Assembly: GCA_030141605.1 (NCBI GenBank)
Contig: JAQGDQ010000791.1
Location: 31,371 to 95,370, forward strand
Source of the DNA: Tubiluchus corallicola
Taxonomy: Eukaryota > Animalia > Priapulida
Reading direction: 5' to 3'
Length of the DNA: 64,000 nt
Shown here: in pieces, positions 59,801 to 64,000 of the stretch
Layout: each line of letters opens with the position of its first letter
Position numbering within the stretch: the first letter of the stretch is position 1
Program-made: the position numbers and the translations under genes
Notes under the pieces: model-generated
The model's database searches: none
The model's input: the letters and a program-made list of their open reading frames with translations, nothing else
What the model was told of the DNA's origin: nothing

Positions 59801-62631
59801 GCTTTCTAATTTTCTCATTTGTAAGACCATCGAGAGTTCCGACTCTGCTTGAAACATTCACAACTCTAAAAAAGGAAAGCTTTCAAAATCGCTCAAGACA
59901 AATAAGCAGGTAACATAATTTCTCAGAATCAAGACATTGTGTTATTCTTAAAATAAGCACAGAAAAACAGATTTCATTAACGTTAGTTTTGTTTTCATCC
60001 TGCTCCAAATTTGCCTGTTTTATTTGTACCAAACTAAATGAAAAAAATTAATATAGGTAAAATACAACAGGCAAAAAAACGGCACGGTAAAAATGGCACA
60101 AGAAAAATGGCACAAATGGAAAGTAGGTAAGTATGGCACTAAGTAGTTACACTTAATAAAAATACGAGTCTAGAGTTAGGGTTACTGTAGGTGGTAATTA
60201 TTTTATTTCTTACCTCTGCCAAGGAAGTTATGCTTTAAAGTTTGTTGGTTTTTTGTCTGCTATAGCAGTGAGCCCATTACGCAAAAACTACCTAACAGAT
60301 TTCTATGAAACTTTGTGGAGAAGGCGGGTATAGGTTGACAAAAGACATTCGTGAAGCACTTTGAGGAGGTCTCTGAGGGGGTGTTTAGTACCTCGCTTTT
60401 ATCATCTTCACCAGGACGAACAATTACGAGTTATTTCAAGTACCATTTCGAGAAATTCTCGCTAGTCTTTTGCTAGTCTGTATAATGCCAATACATTTTC
60501 GTATGTTTGTCTGTTTATCTTTGTTTTACGTTTTTTATTCAAAAAAATCAGGCGAATAAGTTTAGGATTGTTTGGCTTTGGCAGAGATCTGCTTCGTACC
60601 CAGCGCATTCTAGCTCTATTATAAAAATTAATTGCATCAAAATAACACATGCGCCACTTTTTCCTGCTTTTCCATTTGTGCTAATTTTTCTTGGGCCATT
60701 TGGCCTACTTTTCCATTTATGCCATTTTTTCCTGTGTCATTTTTCCTGTGTAATTCTTAGCTGTGTCGTTTCTACCATGCAGCGAAAAATTAGTTGTTTG
60801 TTCAGAATGAAAATCAAGGCTTGCCAAGACTAATACTGATACAGTAAAAATTTTAAGAAATCTCGAGAAACACGAAGAACTGAAATTAAGAATTTGAACA
60901 ATATAAGTGAAATCTTACAATGGCACGTAGATATGGGTTTGGGAGTTTTGAGATCCTATATGAAACGTAAATTGTGAGTTGATTGTCTGATTTAAATGTG
61001 TTAACAAATGCAGACATCCACATCACAATAAAAATTAAAGGCATAAGGTTACAGTCATACTCGATCATTGTCTTAGATATTATTATCGTAGTGCAGTCTA
61101 TAAAATTTCATTCAAATCTCGTTTATGGCTACAAAATCAGCATTTCACAGCGATCCAGGAAGGCTGAAACGTTATCAATGAAATATCTTCAACGTAACTA
61201 TGCTGTTTGCAGGTGTCTAAACAAGGCTTAACTAGTGAATAAACACGTCAAAATAAATATGTGCAAGATCTGCACCTTTAAATAATTTTTATTAACGAAA
61301 CTAATGAAAGAATGCTGAAGATATTGGTATTACGTGCAATGAATAAGGTTTGAAAGACCTGCTAAGTTTCAGAAAGTATCTGTATAACGACAGACATTAA
61401 GACAAAATAACGTTGATAGTAGTAATTTGTTGTCATTTGATTAAGTTGTCATCTGTATGAAAACACCACATACCTTGCATGAGGCTGAAGTAAGGGAAAA
61501 AGTGCTTTGCACACATTTATAGTCCCAAATGTGTTAATATTTAATGTAACTTCTGCTTGCTCAGACATGGTGGCAGTTGAATTTTCCTGAAATTATCAAA
61601 AAGAGGTAAAACTAAACTAGCACATTTAACTATTGCAATTTTCTGGTTTGTAAAGATTCTGAGTAAGTCAACGTTTTTTTATTGAACAATAAGGTGATCA
61701 TTTATCTAACCAACACGCTACTGCTAATAAATCATTCATAAGTTAAAAGAATCTGAGACAGTAAAGCTTAAAATTTAACAGCAACTATTATATTTACTTG
61801 TCTATCTATACATTGCTTTTTATTTATTTTTTGGTCTTTGTTATTTTATAATAATTTAAGTACAAAATCTCACACCTTATATGCAAGCCCGGCATTGTTT
61901 ACCAATATATCTAAACCACCATATTTCTCTAATAAAAACTTCTTCAGTCGTTCAATGCTCTCTTTGTCTTCAACATCAAGTTGATGAAACTTTGGTTTCA
62001 ATCCTTCCTTAATTAGTTCTTCTACTGCAGCTTTGCCTCGTGACTCATTTCTTGCTGTGATAAAAGCAACATTTAGAGAGTAAAGTGTGAAAACTTCAGG
62101 CCCTTTTAAAAGACACTATGAAAATAACATACTGCAAATGGATACTGCAGGAACGCATTATTTAATTTAGAACTGAAATTAGATGTGAGAAAGACTTTAA
62201 ATGTGGGCGACGCACGCCTAATCACAAGAGTTGGCAAACCTGCTGATCCCATTAGATTAATCAGCAAATTCAGTTTTGAAAACAAACTCTAATATGTAAA
62301 TAACTATTTTACCTGTTAAGAACACATCTCCCTCAAACTGTTTACAAAGACCTCGAACAATGGCGTAACCTATTCCTTTGTTTGCACCAGTTACCTGTAA
62401 ACAAGAACACATAAATAATCGTTAAACAACATTCTTTCAACTTCTTCAGATTAAAAGAAACGAGTTGTTATGGAGCTTCACACAATTTTACAAATTGCAT
62501 TAAATGTTTGTACTTCCTGCATACCGAAGACAAACATTCATTTTAAAAATGCCAGCACAGTTCGACGAACATCGTTTAATCCATTGGATTGAAAAACACA
62601 GTTATTATCAACTTACCACTGCTACTCTCAT
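53845..62631 (-). CDS. CBR1-like: Carbonyl reductase [NADPH], CBR1/CBR3-like short-chain dehydrogenase; 8 exons, about 295 aa
   Basis: Exons 62631-62617, 62394-62313, 62054-61876, 61586-61474, 59865-59740, 59192-59051, 54464-54401, 54011-53845; GT-AG, phases consistent, 888 nt. Motifs: VTGANKGIG, LDILVNNAG, RVVNVSS, catalytic YGMSK, NACCPGYVATDM and EGADTPLYLALLP. Confidence 0.93.
55533..58441. repeat. 56-bp tandem array, about 52 copies, in carbonyl reductase intron 6
   Basis: Unit CATAACACCGAGTTGCAGCAGTTCCCCCAGCAACAGATGTGGACTCAGCAGCCAAT, head-to-tail with only sporadic point changes and no spacers. Confidence 0.98.
60065..60752. mobile_element. MITE-like element with inverted subterminal AAAATGGCAC repeats
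   Basis: AAAAATGGCAC repeats at 60070-60140 are mirrored by GCCATTTTT-like repeats at 60650-60750; no TSD resolved. Confidence 0.45.
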
Positions 62632-63289
62632 TTTCGATTAGTAATTGTCACTTAAATTGTAGAGCAGGTGATTGTAAAAATCCGGCCAGAACTGGAAGAT
62701 TAATTAATTGAAAAAAAACAGCGCTGTTGGTACAAATCTAGCCTAAATCAACGTTACATTAAGCATAACTAAAACCTTGACCTAGCGAGTCGTGAACTCT
62801 CTACACCCCGAATGGGGCTGAACATGAAACTTGATATCTTATATAATAATCAAGCATAAAACAGCTGAATCTTGTTGATTTTAGTAGAGCCCAGGGGTTA
62901 TTTTATGCAGCAAGAAAGTCACAGTTCAGTGTTCACTAGTCACCCGACGCCTAAACTTTTTGGCAAACGAAAGTTTATATTTGCACAGACACAGACACAG
63001 CTTGTTATAAAACCAAACTCGCTATATTGTGAATTTTTTTTGGAGTTCTAAAGGAGGCGGTATGAAAAGGCTGACGTAGTTTGTTAAGAATTTCCTGTAT
63101 TTCTTCTGATTTCACACACATCTAAATTAATTTTCCTTTGCTTAGATAAAATAAATTTAAATTGACAAATGTAGAGCTATAACATTCTTACTATAGAGTA
63201 CTCACAATGGCAACGTTATGTGGTGAATAAATTTATAAATCAATGATTTTCGATACTGGAAAACTAAAGAAATTGATACTGCGGAAACT

Positions 63290-63640
63290 ATTCGATCAAA
63301 ACCGTATCGAATACCCAATAATTTAGAAAAAGAATTAGACAAAATTATTCGTGAATTATTGGCAGCAAAAATTATAGTACCAGCTAATAGCCCGTGGGCA
63401 TCACCTTGTTTATTAGTTAAAAAGGCTGATGGAAAAAGTTACAGGCTAGTGATAGATTATAGAAAAATTAATAAATGTGTAAAGTTCGACGCCTTTCCTA
63501 GTCGAACCTTGTCCAATTTCACCGACAAATTGCAGGGAGCCAAATATTTTAGTTGTCTGGATTTAAGACAAGGGTTTTTACAAATACCTGTTCACCGAGA
63601 TGACCAGCCTAAAACTGCCTTTGTGACCCAAAGCGGAGCA
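63290..63640 (+). mobile_element. Ty3/Gypsy LTR-retrotransposon RT fragment
   Basis: SPWASPCLLVKK, YRLVIDYRKIN, YFSCLDLRQGFLQI and KTAFVT motifs; truncated before YxDD. Confidence 0.9.
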
Positions 63641-64000
63641 TTAACAAGAGGGATGGGCACCTCAAGTGTTAGTGCTTAACAGGAGGCAGTGGGTCCGCAA
63701 GGATCCGGGGCAGTTTTCCTGCTTATCTGCTAACGAAGGGCGAATTAACGTCCTACTGTGGTACCTTCTAGTCGGCGTGTGTGTCGTACTGTTTCTTACT
63801 GCAGCAGGCCGGTGAGCCCCCCCCCCCCCCCCCCCGAACTGTCTGTGGTGAAATAAGTGGTACATACGTGGTACGAGGATGACAGTCCTCACCTAGCTAG
63901 GTGAAGTGTGAATTTGCTTCTCTTATAGCACTTCTCTAGTGAACAGGCTAGGCTGTTGAAAACGGTCAAAGTTCATAGAGGGATAGCAAGGTTTCCTATG

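Overview
AT-rich, repeat-dense animal genomic DNA with spliceosomal GT-AG introns; it is probably from a protostome invertebrate, inferred from the ionotropic-receptor genes. I assembled three intact multi-exon genes by hand with phase-consistent splice sites. Two are tandem paralogous divergent ionotropic (iGluR/IR-type) receptors on the + strand (A 12786-34512, about 642 aa; B 38584-49910, about 646 aa; 13 exons each). The third is an 8-exon carbonyl reductase (CBR1-like SDR) on the - strand (53845-62631, about 295 aa). A decayed fragment of a third IR copy follows gene B. A class A GPCR with an intronless CDS and one in-frame TAG is nested antisense in the 9-kb intron 7 of IR-A only. The rest is mobile and repetitive DNA: a Charlie-type hAT transposase 5' end, several hAT and Tc1-type MITEs (three with tandemly amplified ends), LINE and Gypsy RT fragments, a 5S-rRNA-headed SINE, a bipartite RTE-derived element, three solo LTR-like copies carrying heat-shock elements, a long palindrome with a hammerhead-like core, and 48, 56, 69 and 150 bp tandem arrays. 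There is no CRISPR array. All family assignments come from motif recognition, not database searches.
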